Shown piece after piece: positions 31,036 through 41,249 of a stretch of DNA of 64,000 nucleotides. Every line of letters starts with the position of its first letter. The stretch's first letter is position 1. Location: contig JBHLMN010000005.1 in assembly GCA_048938105.1 (NCBI GenBank), forward strand, positions 209,564 through 273,563, written 5' to 3'. The stretch comes from Promethearchaeota archaeon. Lineage in GTDB: Archaea; Asgardarchaeota; Heimdallarchaeia; Hodarchaeales; Hodarchaeaceae. Under the pieces are notes generated by a model, which saw only the letters and a program-made list of their open reading frames with translations, did no database searches and had not been told where the DNA came from. The position numbers and the translations under genes are program-made.

Positions 31036-31893
31036 TTGTCAATAACGCTTCATTCATTAAGACATTCCTTTTCTAGCATATGGAATACAATGATTGCTAT
31101 AGATGATCAGTTTTTATCAGTTGCAATTGTAGCTGCGAAGGCAGGAGGAGAGATACTACTTAATATGTATGGAAAGGTAGAAAAAGCTTATAAATTGGAT
31201 CAAAGCATCGTTACTCAAGCTGATCTTCACTCTGATAATAGGATAAGAAAAATATTGACAAAAGAGTTTCCTAAGCATTCAATTTTGAGTGAAGAAAGTG
31301 GGAAAAGCTTCGAAACCGAAAAAGGGGGTTTTCCTTCAAAGTACTTATGGGCAATTGACCCATTGGATGGAACTATGAATTATACTGCTCAAAATCCTTT
31401 CTTTGGAGTTTCAATAGGCCTTTTGGTTGATCAAAAACCTTTTCTTGGTGTAATCTATTTTCCTATACAGGATGAACTTTTCTATGCTAAAGTAGGTGCT
31501 GGAGCTTTTCTAAATGAAAAAAGAATACACGTTGAATCAAATGCATCCTTTGAAAATGCATTTTTATCATATGGCAACGCAAGAGATATTAAAAATCGTC
31601 AGATCATAGCAAAAATCTTCCCTAAACTCAAAATAAAGAATGATACAGTAAGACAGGTGGGTTCACCCGCGTTAGCGTTATGCTTTGTCGCAGCAGGACG
31701 TTTTAATGCATTCTTCATGCCAGGTGTAAAATTGTGGGATGTAACAGCTGGGATCGTAATTGTACAAGAGGCAAACGGTAGGGTCACAGACTTTTTAAAC
31801 AAGCCATTTTCACTCAATTCAACGAGTATCATTGCAGCTAGTTCAACACTTCATTCAGAAATTCTACCATTTCTGACAAACACTTTTTCCTGA
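31036..31893 (+). CDS. suhB: Inositol monophosphatase family (probable start 31090)
   Basis: ILSEE, WAIDPLDGTMNY, WDVTAGIVIVQEANG. Confidence 0.9.
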   Translation: MSITLHSLRHSFSSIWNTMIAIDDQFLSVAIVAAKAGGEILLNMYGKVEKAYKLDQSIVTQADLHSDNRIRKILTKEFPKHSILSEESGKSFETEKGGFPSKYLWAIDPLDGTMNYTAQNPFFGVSIGLLVDQKPFLGVIYFPIQDELFYAKVGAGAFLNEKRIHVESNASFENAFLSYGNARDIKNRQIIAKIFPKLKIKNDTVRQVGSPALALCFVAAGRFNAFFMPGVKLWDVTAGIVIVQEANGRVTDFLNKPFSLNSTSIIAASSTLHSEILPFLTNTFS

Positions 31894-31970
31894 ATATATG
31901 TATTCACATGTAATTTGTGTATATGTAGGGAGTCTTTCCCCTTTCCTCATTTTTTGTAGGTGCGCTTTAT

Positions 31971-31994
31971 ATCTCTCAAAAGGTGGATTGATAA
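31971..31994 (+). repeat. Intergenic cassette-boundary site (degenerate, 6-bp spacer)
   Basis: ATCTCTCAAAA-GGTGGA-TTGATAA. Confidence 0.5.
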
Positions 31995-32101
31995 GTTTGT
32001 TTAAACATGGGAAAAAGAAATGCTAACAATGTACTTCTGAGAAAGTTTTCACTCAGAAAATTAATAAATATTCACACGAGAGGAAATGGATAAAATTATA
32101 G

Positions 32102-32578
32102 GTGGATTGGTTGATAGAAAACAAGGAAGGTAGTTCAGAAAGAAAACTACCTAATATATTAAATTCATTGAGGATTTATGCTATTACAACATATCTACTA
32201 TATCTAACATACACTATCATTCTATTTGTTTGTTTCGATATGCTGTTTAACAATCCTCTGACCGATCGTATGTGGATCATTCGCAACTTCTATACTCAAT
32301 TAATAAGTAACCTACCACTGATTCTTCTAGTAATTAGTCTCACAGCCTTTATCGGCTGGATACTTCCTTTTCGCAGGAAATTTATGACTCGCTTTTATGA
32401 AGAGGAGATGAAAACAATATGGCCAGGCTATTCCTATTATAACGCGGGCCAGAGTGTTGATATAGGGCTCTTTGTGATTTTTATACTCTTTCTACCAGTA
32501 TATATCATTGCAAGAAGCCTTCTTTTCAAAGCTACAGCCAATCAAAAAGCTGCTAGAAAAGTAAACCATGCTAAATAA
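32102..32578 (+). CDS. Hypothetical 3-TM membrane protein
   Basis: ORF track; hydrophobic segments. Confidence 0.6.
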   Translation: MDWLIENKEGSSERKLPNILNSLRIYAITTYLLYLTYTIILFVCFDMLFNNPLTDRMWIIRNFYTQLISNLPLILLVISLTAFIGWILPFRRKFMTRFYEEEMKTIWPGYSYYNAGQSVDIGLFVIFILFLPVYIIARSLLFKATANQKAARKVNHAK

Positions 32579-32889
32579 TTATTTTCTTAAGATCAAACTA
32601 AAGGCTAATTATTTTCAAAAAAATGATGGGAAGATACATTGAATATCAGGAGGTAGTCAGATTGATCTTATGTGGAATATAGAGCTCTTTGTCAACCAGA
32701 TATAAAAGATCGGGTATACAACCTCAGATGATTTTCCGACTTCTAGCGAAGCATATCAAGTTACTAAGAATAACTAGAATAAATTATTTAAACTTGCAGA
32801 TAAACTTATGTAGTATCAAATAAACGAAAAAATCTGTTGATTGGAGGGAAAAAACTCTAATTCCCATTGATGAGAGACTCCAAGGTATT

Positions 32890-32950
32890 GGTACTATATC
32901 GAACAATTTATAAGTACTATATAGTACTAACTTAGTACCATATAGAACTA
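32890..32950. promoter_or_regulatory. Three tandem operator palindromes (GTACTATATAGTAC-like), likely MarR sites
   Basis: gtactatatcgaac 32891, perfect AGTACTATATAGTACT 32913-32928, gtaccatatagaac 32935; overlaps a TTTATAA TATA-like box. Confidence 0.75.
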
Positions 32951-32977
32951 AAAAGATATGAAATCTGGGATCAAGAG

Positions 32978-33439
32978 ATGAATAAAAACGAAATAATACA
33001 ATTTACTTCTCAACTGATGAATATCGCTGAAGTAGCCTACTTTACAACTGTTTATGAAGGAGTTCCTTATACAAGAGCGTTAGAAAATCTAAGAAATGAA
33101 AAGAAATTTCCAAAGTCATCTAAAATGTTCGCAGGACATCGAAATGACCTAATGGTCTATTTTTCCACAAATACTTCTTCTACAAAAATCAAACACATAA
33201 AGCAAAACCCTCATGTGGCAATATACTATTGTAATCCAACGGAATATCACGGAGTAATGCTAGGGGGATTAATAAAAATAATTACGGATCAAAATATAAA
33301 AGAGGGACTTTGGGAAGATGGGTGGGAAAGATATTATCCTGAAGGGGTTGATGATGAAGACTACACGGTTTTACATTTGGTACCTAAACATATACGGGGT
33401 TGGAACCAGAACCAACCTTTTGAACTTGATTTAGAGTGA
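32978..33439 (+). CDS. Pyridoxamine 5'-phosphate oxidase-like FMN-binding protein
   Basis: PYTRAL, YFSTNTSSTKIKHIKQNPHV, YYPEGVDDEDY. Confidence 0.9.
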   Translation: MNKNEIIQFTSQLMNIAEVAYFTTVYEGVPYTRALENLRNEKKFPKSSKMFAGHRNDLMVYFSTNTSSTKIKHIKQNPHVAIYYCNPTEYHGVMLGGLIKIITDQNIKEGLWEDGWERYYPEGVDDEDYTVLHLVPKHIRGWNQNQPFELDLE

Positions 33440-33471
33440 AATCACTTGATGGCTTAAAGAGAGGATAAAGA

Positions 33472-34215
33472 ATGAATGAAGCATTAAATACAATTCAAAA
33501 ATTACGATCAATTCGTAATTTCTCAGAAAAGGAAATAATAGATACGGATTTAAATATCATTCTTGATGCAGCAGTAAGAGCTGCTACCGCAGGAATGCAG
33601 CAGAGCTACTCAATAGTCGTGGTGAAGGATAAAGAGATTTTAAAAGAGTTTTTTTACAATGCAAACAAAGCATTGGTTTTCTGTGTTGACCATAATCGCC
33701 TTGTAGATACTGCAAAACACATAAATCAAGTTTATTTGGTCGATCGCCTAGAAGCATTTGTCACAGGAAGTACAGATACAATTCTTGCGGCACAAACAGC
33801 AGCAATTGCTGCAAAGTCACTTGGGATTGATTCCCTATTTACAAATTCAATTCATAGGACCAATTTTCGGATTTATGAAATGTTAAACCTTCCTGAACGA
33901 TATTGTTTCCCTTTAATCGCTCTTTGCCTTGGTTACCCCTCCAAAAAACCAAAGCACAAGAAAGGTCGACTTAGGAATTTCGGCATAATCCATTACAATA
34001 AATATCAGAAATTATCAACAGAAGAACTAAATAAAATCATTGAAGAATATGATAATGAGGAGAACTATTTAACCTTTGTTAAGTGGAAAGAACTGGGATT
34101 TAAACACTATCTAGAATGGTATTTTACCGAATACTTCACACCTGTAGATACTCCAGAAACAAAAGCAATAACAGAGAGTTTTTACAGCACTCTGAAGAAA
34201 GTTTGCTATCTATAA
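33472..34215 (+). CDS. Nitroreductase (NfsA-like)
   Basis: RSIRNF, AAQTAAIAAKSLG, LCLGYP. Confidence 0.9.
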   Translation: MNEALNTIQKLRSIRNFSEKEIIDTDLNIILDAAVRAATAGMQQSYSIVVVKDKEILKEFFYNANKALVFCVDHNRLVDTAKHINQVYLVDRLEAFVTGSTDTILAAQTAAIAAKSLGIDSLFTNSIHRTNFRIYEMLNLPERYCFPLIALCLGYPSKKPKHKKGRLRNFGIIHYNKYQKLSTEELNKIIEEYDNEENYLTFVKWKELGFKHYLEWYFTEYFTPVDTPETKAITESFYSTLKKVCYL

Positions 34216-34234
34216 TATTTTCCTTGGGATATTT

Positions 34235-34693
34235 ATGAGCTCGATGAAAGAACAAAGAGCAGGCGGATTCCTGATAGCTAAGATACATCAGTTGGCTGGA
34301 CGAATATTCGCTAAGAAATTAAAACAATATCAACTTACTGAAATCAATCCTGCGCAAGGACGAATTTTGTTTCCTCTTTGGCAAAAAGACGGGATTTCTA
34401 TCCGTGAATTGAGTAAAGAAACGTTATTGGGAAAATCAACTTTAACAACAATGTTAAAGCGACTAGAAGACGAAGGTCATATACAACGAATTCCCTCTGA
34501 GAAGGATCGTCGGAAGACACTAATAAAACTTACAGAAAAAAACCAAAAACTTCAGGAAAAATATGTTCAAGTGTCCAGTGAAATGAACGATCTGTTTTAT
34601 CAGGGACTATCTGAACAGGAAAAGGATGAATTCGATAGATATTTGGAAAGAATTCTCGAAAATCTGACAATTTACAGTACTCAAAACAAGTAA
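34235..34693 (+). CDS. MarR family regulator
   Basis: LTTMLKRLEDEGHIQR, DRRKTLIKLTEK. Confidence 0.95.
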   Translation: MSSMKEQRAGGFLIAKIHQLAGRIFAKKLKQYQLTEINPAQGRILFPLWQKDGISIRELSKETLLGKSTLTTMLKRLEDEGHIQRIPSEKDRRKTLIKLTEKNQKLQEKYVQVSSEMNDLFYQGLSEQEKDEFDRYLERILENLTIYSTQNK

Positions 34694-34837
34694 CATAAAT
34701 AGTCGCAATAAAATGAATCAAGGTAGGAATAGAACAATACCCCTTTTCTCTGAAAGTAACTTCCGAAAAGAATGCTTTCAAATAAGAGAAAATAAAGATG
34801 AATCCCTCCCAAAGAATAAAATTCTGCCTTCCTCCTA

Positions 34838-36343
34838 TTAATCAAATATTCCATGTATTTTCATTTTTAGTATTTGATCCAAGTTGAGGTTTTGAAAGCC
34901 TTTGTCTCTTAGACGTTGAATGTAAGAAGGAGTCACATTATGTATTGCTAATTTTATTAGATTATCAATGGAAATATCTTGAAAACCCATTTCACGAAGC
35001 TGTCGAATTGTATCTAGATTTATCCCGTGAATTTTCATCGTTTTCACTTTAGAAAACTCAATGTCAGAATATCCCGAATCTATAAGCTTAGTAATATAGT
35101 TAGGGGTCACACCATGAATTTTTGCGTCCTGAATTTCTTCTAATGATAACGAATCATAACCTATGTCTCTGAAGCTAGTGATATAACTGATGCTCACATT
35201 ATGAATGGCTAAATTTATGATAAGGTTAATGGGAACGTCATATCCGAGAGCTTGTAAACTAGATATAAACTCTGGAGTGACTCCATGGATTCGACACTTA
35301 ATTACCTTATTTACCGATAAATTATGGTATCCAAGAGATTTTAACCCTATAATGTATTCAGAATCGATATCATGAATACGGAGTTTTACAAGTTGTCCTG
35401 GGAGAATACCAGGGAATAATTCTCTCATTGTATCAATAAATTCAAGAGAAACATTGTGAATTCCAAATTGCCGAATCTGATTTGGAGTAAGATCAGTGAA
35501 ATTCCGACCAATCAATCCTTCAACGAATTCTGGATTAATACTGTGAATGGAAAATTTAACTAATTGATTGATAGAGAGATCCATATTTAAATCTTGGAAT
35601 TGCTTAATAAAACCAATAGACACATTGTGAATCTGTAATTTTACTAACTGATTAACTGACAAGTTTTCATAACCGTGTTCCTTCAGTTGATCGATAAATT
35701 CTGGAGTAACATCATGGATTCGTAATTTAACCAATTGATCGACTTCTAAGTTCTCAAATTCATTCCCTTTCTCGGCTAATTTTTGAATGAATTGGGGAGT
35801 TACTCCATGTATTCGCATCTTGATCAATTGGTTCACGGCTAAATTTGAATAACCAAGCTCCTGTAGTTCAAGGATGAAGTCAACTACAACATCATGTATT
35901 TTCATCTTTATTAGGTGTTCAGGTGGTAAATCAGCATACTGTATATCACTTAAGCTCTGAATGTATTCAGCTTCAATTCCATGGATAAGAAATTTAGCTA
36001 AATGATCATCTGAAAGCTTTTCATACCCAAGTTCTGATAAAGAATCCAAATATTCTGAGCTAACGTACTTCAAGGCTAACTTCTTGAGCTCCTTGTATGA
36101 AATAGAGCCATTAAATGTTTGTAACTCCTCTAAAAACCCAGAGGAAACATTTGGTAGAATTCGAGCAATGATCTTATCCAATTCACTAGAAGGAATAATT
36201 CCAGGAATATACAAGCTTGTATCGCTATAGAAAAGTTTTCTCGACTTTTCTTTGTCAATTTCTCTAAGTAATTCTTCCCCTTTTTGAGGAGACAATTCTC
36301 CTGTCGCAATTCGATTAAGAATATCAATTCGTTTTTCACTCAA
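34838..36343 (-). CDS. Tandem-repeat protein (~29-aa His-containing repeats) with SHOCT-like N-terminus
   Basis: About 13 units like NQLVKMRIHGVTPEFIxxLxELGYxNLS. Confidence 0.8.
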   Translation of the reverse strand: MSEKRIDILNRIATGELSPQKGEELLREIDKEKSRKLFYSDTSLYIPGIIPSSELDKIIARILPNVSSGFLEELQTFNGSISYKELKKLALKYVSSEYLDSLSELGYEKLSDDHLAKFLIHGIEAEYIQSLSDIQYADLPPEHLIKMKIHDVVVDFILELQELGYSNLAVNQLIKMRIHGVTPQFIQKLAEKGNEFENLEVDQLVKLRIHDVTPEFIDQLKEHGYENLSVNQLVKLQIHNVSIGFIKQFQDLNMDLSINQLVKFSIHSINPEFVEGLIGRNFTDLTPNQIRQFGIHNVSLEFIDTMRELFPGILPGQLVKLRIHDIDSEYIIGLKSLGYHNLSVNKVIKCRIHGVTPEFISSLQALGYDVPINLIINLAIHNVSISYITSFRDIGYDSLSLEEIQDAKIHGVTPNYITKLIDSGYSDIEFSKVKTMKIHGINLDTIRQLREMGFQDISIDNLIKLAIHNVTPSYIQRLRDKGFQNLNLDQILKMKIHGIFD

Positions 36344-36864
36344 TCCAATAACCTCGTTGTTTTTTCCGAATAGTGTCTTATCAAAGAAGTACGACTGCCT
36401 TCAGTTACGATTATCAAGTCTTTCATGTATCAGAGGTTGCAGATACTTGAAATATTGAGTAATCGAAAAGAACACTAAACTGAGTGAATTGAAAGGGATT
36501 TTTTTATAAAATCTTTTGTTCTGTCAATTTTTTGTAAATAAGTTCTTCAACTTTTTACCTAAACTATGGGATTACTGATGTGTGAGAATATTAAAATTAA
36601 TTTGTGAGGATTAGAAGAAGATATTATTTCTAAAATGAGAAATTAAGTTCAGAGTTTTATTTTTGAATTGAAAAGGTCTTTTGACCTTGTTTTGATTACG
36701 AGAAAGCTGATAAGAATATAGAATCCTAGGGTTACTCCAAGTATAACAATGTCTTTCATCCGACTTCAAAATTTGGTATCATCCATTAGAAATTGTATAA
36801 ATATAATGTATAAATTAAATCTCTTGATAAAATTGAAACAAGTGTAACTAAAACCATAAGTTGA

Positions 36865-38034
36865 TTGAAAATGTATTTCAGCGATAAAGAATCAATTTTT
36901 AGTTTTAAAAACTGGAAACATGCTTATCTTTTCCTAGTAATATTGACAGGTATTAATTGTAGCCTCTATTGGATAATTACAACTTTCTTATTACCTCAAA
37001 CTACTGAGATCGTTTTATTTTCGGACCCAAGCATTTCTGTTATAGTACTACTACCTATTTGTGCAGGTGCGATCTTGATTCTAATGCGTTTTTTATTTAA
37101 GAGCAGTATTTATTTTAATTTGACTGCAGCAATAGTAATTCTTGTTGTTATAGTAATAATCTCTGCAAGTATCCTCTATATCTTTGAAAATACTGTACAA
37201 ATGACTTTTTTTGCAATCATTTTTGGTATACCCAGTGGTTGTTGCCTAATATTCTATATATTACAATCCGTGAGACAACCATTAGACGAAATAATAAATA
37301 TTACGTTAAAACTTTCAGAAGGAGATCTAAACATCGAAGTACCCTCAATCCAGAATTTTGGGAAAGAATATGTAGAGATGAAAGAAGCTTATGAAGAAAT
37401 GATAAAATATCTTGTGAATATCGTTACAACCATTAAAAAAAGTAGTGAGGACTTAGCTAGCAATTCTGAAGAATTAGCTGCAACTTCAGAGGAAGTGAAC
37501 GCTTTAAGTGAAGAGATTGCAGCCACTATTCAGCAAATTAGTCGTGGAGCGTCAAATCAATCTGAGTTGTCAATGAAAAGTGTCGATAACATCAATAAAA
37601 TGACTGAAGTAATAGATCGATCATTAAATGATGTTGAAAACGCCCTTCAAGTGATTGAAGACATTGCTAGTCAAACGAATATCTTAGCATTAAATGCAGC
37701 TATTGAGGCTGCACGTGCAGGAGAATATGGTCGGGGATTTGCGGTTGTTGCTGATAATGTCCGTCGATTAGCGGAGGAAACTAAAAATAACGCAGGAAAT
37801 ATCTCGAATTTAACTGATCAGATGGTAACTAACATAAGCGGAACCGTCACTTCTTTACATGAAACATTACAGGAATTTTCCACGCAATCAGAAGAATTCA
37901 GCGCATCTAGTGAAGAAGTATCTTCAGCAACAGAGGAACAAACGGCGTCAATGAATCAGATGACCTCTTCTGCCCAGAACTTGTCAAAACTCGCAGAAAA
38001 ACTTACTGACCAAATAACGATGTTCAAACTGTAA
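36865..38034 (+). CDS. Methyl-accepting chemotaxis protein (4 TM + HAMP)
   Basis: [38 protein letters not shown]. Confidence 0.95.
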   Translation: MKMYFSDKESIFSFKNWKHAYLFLVILTGINCSLYWIITTFLLPQTTEIVLFSDPSISVIVLLPICAGAILILMRFLFKSSIYFNLTAAIVILVVIVIISASILYIFENTVQMTFFAIIFGIPSGCCLIFYILQSVRQPLDEIINITLKLSEGDLNIEVPSIQNFGKEYVEMKEAYEEMIKYLVNIVTTIKKSSEDLASNSEELAATSEEVNALSEEIAATIQQISRGASNQSELSMKSVDNINKMTEVIDRSLNDVENALQVIEDIASQTNILALNAAIEAARAGEYGRGFAVVADNVRRLAEETKNNAGNISNLTDQMVTNISGTVTSLHETLQEFSTQSEEFSASSEEVSSATEEQTASMNQMTSSAQNLSKLAEKLTDQITMFKL

Positions 38035-38135
38035 AATATTCCTTTTTCTCGAATGCGGTGTGGCTAATTCCGCCCTCCGCCCCTTCTTGAATTAATTGAA
38101 GGATTATAAAAGAGTGGGGTTGGTAATCCTATATA

Positions 38136-38288
38136 GGGAAAAAAGCCTGGATTTCAAAAACATATCTTAAAGGCGAATTACCAGTATTTAGGGCATGCAT
38201 TACAAATTATAGAACTGAAGAAGAGGATATACTAGCTCTAATTAATATTCTTGAAGAAATAAGGTTAGAAATAAGAAAAAATAATTAA
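38136..38288 (+). pseudogene. C-terminal remnant of a group II PLP-dependent decarboxylase
   Basis: GKKAWISKTYLKGELPVFRACITNYRTEEEDILALINILEEIR...*; ends 10 bp before a boundary site. Confidence 0.6.
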
Positions 38289-38297
38289 AAGATCCGG

Positions 38298-38322
38298 ACT
38301 TAGTCAAAGGTTGGATTAAAAC
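38298..38322 (+). repeat. Intergenic cassette-boundary site
   Basis: ACTTAGTCAAA-GGTTGGA-TTAAAAC. Confidence 0.85.
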
Positions 38323-38475
38323 TAGTAATTGATAAAGAACACAATATGAAATTAAAATGTCAGCAAGTCAGCCTTCTATAATTAAGAATTTAGTGTTGAT
38401 CTACTTCTGAACTCCATTAGTCTGTGTAGATTCTGGATATCTCAGTTTGAACTGTTTTCGTACTATCTTTTTCTA

Positions 38476-38500
38476 ATGTAGCTAAAGGCTAGACTAGCCT
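38476..38500 (+). repeat. Intergenic cassette-boundary site (degenerate copy)
   Basis: ATGTAGCTAAA-GGCTAGA-CTAGCCT. Confidence 0.45.
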
Positions 38501-38727
38501 ATTTATATACTGATTTACTACGCTAAACACGTATGATCCTTTATTTTTTACTATTAGTAATACTTTCTCAGTCATTTATCGCTTAATATGTATGAAATTA
38601 AGTGCCTGTACAATTGTTCTTAAAAATGAAAAAATAAATTCTTGTATAGTCGATTTTTTCTGAATAACTTATCATTTATATGATCTTTATTTGATCCTTA
38701 ATAATTCTCAAGAAGAGTATTAACAAT

Positions 38728-39912
38728 ATGATTGAAGAATTAACAGAAACTAAACCTCAGATTAACCTAGAAAATAATACTTTGATCAAAAGGTTTAAGA
38801 AACAACGAATTCAAACTTTTGATCTTGCAAGGGGTTTCGCTATTTTTTTCATGATCATACAGCATGTTGTACTCATATATGGAAATCTAGAGGTCAATAG
38901 TAGCATCATTGGGTTAGTATTACTTTCGTTAGGTACAATACCAGCAGCTCCGGTGTTCCTGTTTTTAATGGGAGTATGTTATAAGTATTCAGAAAAGGAT
39001 GATAACGAACTATTTCAGTATGGATTCAAACGAGGGTTGAAGTTAATTTTTTCGGGGTATTGTTTGAATTTATGTCGTTTTTCAATACCCTTACTCATTG
39101 GATTAGATAAATTAGAATTAAATTTGTATGAAATAAATGAAAGTATTCACCTAACTCCGTTTTCATCCTTTTTCATTGTAGACATTTTACAATGCGCAGG
39201 ATTATCTCTGATTATGATGGCAGTCATTGTACAGTTTTTTAAGAAAGAATTAGATTATATTTTAATTTCAGTTGGTGTTTTACTAATTTCCCCTTTTTTG
39301 TGGGGTAGAATGACTACAATTGTCCTTTTCAATTTTTGTTTGAATTTATTGTGGGGAACCGGTTCAGATGTTTTTTTTCCTATATTTCCATGGCTTGTCT
39401 ATCCTTTAGTGGGAATGGCCTTGGGACAACGGCTCCGATCAGGCATGGAGATTGAATATTTAATTAGCATCTCAAGAAATATTGGCATTGGTCTTTTTAT
39501 TACAAGTATAATCATTGCCTTACGAAACATGGGAAGAGGAATTTTCGTTATAGGTACTATTATCAACCTAATTGACCCTCTATTTAGATTTAACGGTTCC
39601 GAGCATCATGGCCCTATAGCTATCCTCCTAATCATTGGTTTTCTACTAGTTTGGATGTGGATTTGTCATTTATTAGTGAAAAAAATACCCCAAAATCCTT
39701 TATATAGTATTTTGTTTTATTCGAGTGAAAATGTGACTGCAATATACATTATCCAATGGATGATTGTTGGTTGGGGTATTTTCTTATTCGGTTTTCAGAC
39801 ACAAGATCTATTTATCACTCTATTCTTGATTTGTTTTATTATAGTCCTTACTCATTTGTTTGTATACTTCTATGCAAAACTTAAAGCTTTCATACTAATT
39901 TCCTGTCAATAA
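38728..39912 (+). CDS. DUF1624 / heparan-alpha-glucosaminide N-acetyltransferase-like membrane protein
   Basis: RIQTFDLARGFAIFFMIIQH, AAPVFLFLMG, VDILQCAG, FPIFPW. Confidence 0.85.
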   Translation: MIEELTETKPQINLENNTLIKRFKKQRIQTFDLARGFAIFFMIIQHVVLIYGNLEVNSSIIGLVLLSLGTIPAAPVFLFLMGVCYKYSEKDDNELFQYGFKRGLKLIFSGYCLNLCRFSIPLLIGLDKLELNLYEINESIHLTPFSSFFIVDILQCAGLSLIMMAVIVQFFKKELDYILISVGVLLISPFLWGRMTTIVLFNFCLNLLWGTGSDVFFPIFPWLVYPLVGMALGQRLRSGMEIEYLISISRNIGIGLFITSIIIALRNMGRGIFVIGTIINLIDPLFRFNGSEHHGPIAILLIIGFLLVWMWICHLLVKKIPQNPLYSILFYSSENVTAIYIIQWMIVGWGIFLFGFQTQDLFITLFLICFIIVLTHLFVYFYAKLKAFILISCQ

Positions 39913-39926
39913 CTTTGTTTAAAATG

Positions 39927-40035
39927 GTGTCGTCAAAGGCTGCAGTACTTCGCATCACCTCCTCGATAATACCCCTTGTCCGTTACATAGCGTCCACCCT
40001 CTCCCATAGTTGCGAAGTACTGGCTGGATTAACAC
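39927..40035 (+). repeat. Cassette-boundary site split by a MITE insertion
   Basis: GTGTCGTCAAA-GGCTG [insert] GCTG-GATTAACAC; removing the insert and one GCTG restores GTGTCGTCAAA-GGCTGGA-TTAACAC. Confidence 0.9.
39943..40022. mobile_element. 80-bp MITE with 12-bp terminal inverted repeats and 4-bp target-site duplication
   Basis: CAGTACTTCGCA (39943-39954) / TGCGAAGTACTG (40011-40022); GCTG duplicated at 39939-39942 and 40023-40026; GC-richer than flanks. Confidence 0.9.
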
Positions 40036-40177
40036 ATTTATGAATTCTTTAACCAGAATCTTGATCAAGTGGAAATCGCAATATTAATGAAAATCAGTAT
40101 GAACTTGGATAGAAACTACGGTTTATAGAAGAATCGTAACTAAACACACTTCAATGGATTCAGAAAAATGAGGAAAG

Positions 40178-40882
40178 GTGAAACGAATGAACAATCAAAA
40201 TCGTATATCAACTTGGTATAATATGAGTGCGATAAGAGTAGCTGCCTCAACATTGGGCATTCTTGTTGGACTTGCTGGCATAGAACATGGATTCTTTGAA
40301 ATGCTTCAAGGCAATGTTACCCCCAGTAGTATATGGATAGATGCAATTGGTCCTGAACAGAGGATTTGGGAGAACGCCACCGAAACGGCCATAACAATTG
40401 TACCAAACTTCTTTTGGACTGGTGTCCTAGCAATGGTTTTCGGTCTTTTAGTCACAATTTGGGCTATTTTGTTCATTGATAGGAAATATGGTGCCAGGAT
40501 ACTATTACTTCTCGCAATCATATTATGGTTAGTCGGTGGTGGTTATGCGCCAGTCTTTTTTACAATCTTTGCTACAATTACAGCAACCAGAATAAATAAA
40601 CCATTAACGTGGTGGAATAGACGGCTCTCTCTTGGGGTACGGGATTTCCTTGTCAAATTATGGCCTTGGTCTGTCCTTATGCTTGTGATAACATTCTGGG
40701 CAGGCGTGGAAATCGCAATCTTTGGGTATCCTCTGCTGTGGTTTGTTAACACTGATCTTGCGTATGGTATTCAATGGATTTTTGGCATTTTATCTCTCGG
40801 ATTGATGTTTATAGTCATCCTTTCCGCCGTTGCATCCGAAATCAGGAACAGATCCCATTCACTGGATATTACAACAAGTTAA
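40178..40882 (+). CDS. Hypothetical multi-pass membrane protein
   Basis: About 5 TM; AGIEHGFFEMLQG motif. Confidence 0.8.
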   Translation: MKRMNNQNRISTWYNMSAIRVAASTLGILVGLAGIEHGFFEMLQGNVTPSSIWIDAIGPEQRIWENATETAITIVPNFFWTGVLAMVFGLLVTIWAILFIDRKYGARILLLLAIILWLVGGGYAPVFFTIFATITATRINKPLTWWNRRLSLGVRDFLVKLWPWSVLMLVITFWAGVEIAIFGYPLLWFVNTDLAYGIQWIFGILSLGLMFIVILSAVASEIRNRSHSLDITTS

Positions 40883-40914
40883 TAATGTAAAACATCTATC
40901 TAGAATTCACATAA

Positions 40915-40939
40915 ACGGCGTCAAAGGCTGGATTAATAC
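40915..40939 (+). repeat. Intergenic cassette-boundary site
   Basis: ACGGCGTCAAA-GGCTGGA-TTAATAC. Confidence 0.9.
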
Positions 40940-41249
40940 CAAAAACCTCTGATTTCCAACTTCTCAAAAACTGGAATAATGGAAATAAATACCCCGAGAA
41001 GTCTCGTAAAAGGTGCACTATCAACTACATTATTGTCCAAGCTAGCAAATAATCTCCTCTTCCTGTAGATAGGGCTTTACGCGAGTTTTATTTGCACTAA
41101 TCTAAATCTATTTTAAACTGCTATCAACAACATAAAAAGAATATTTAACTCGTTATTAGAAATATAAGCCAATGTGTGTTTTTTTCACATTAATTGTTCT
41201 TCTTATGAATCTAGCTTGATAAGGAATAATTTTCATAGGTGTTACAATT

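Noticed and set aside
38139-38156. AAAAAGCCTGGATTTC as another boundary site
   Set aside because: Explained by KKAWIS codons of the decarboxylase remnant.
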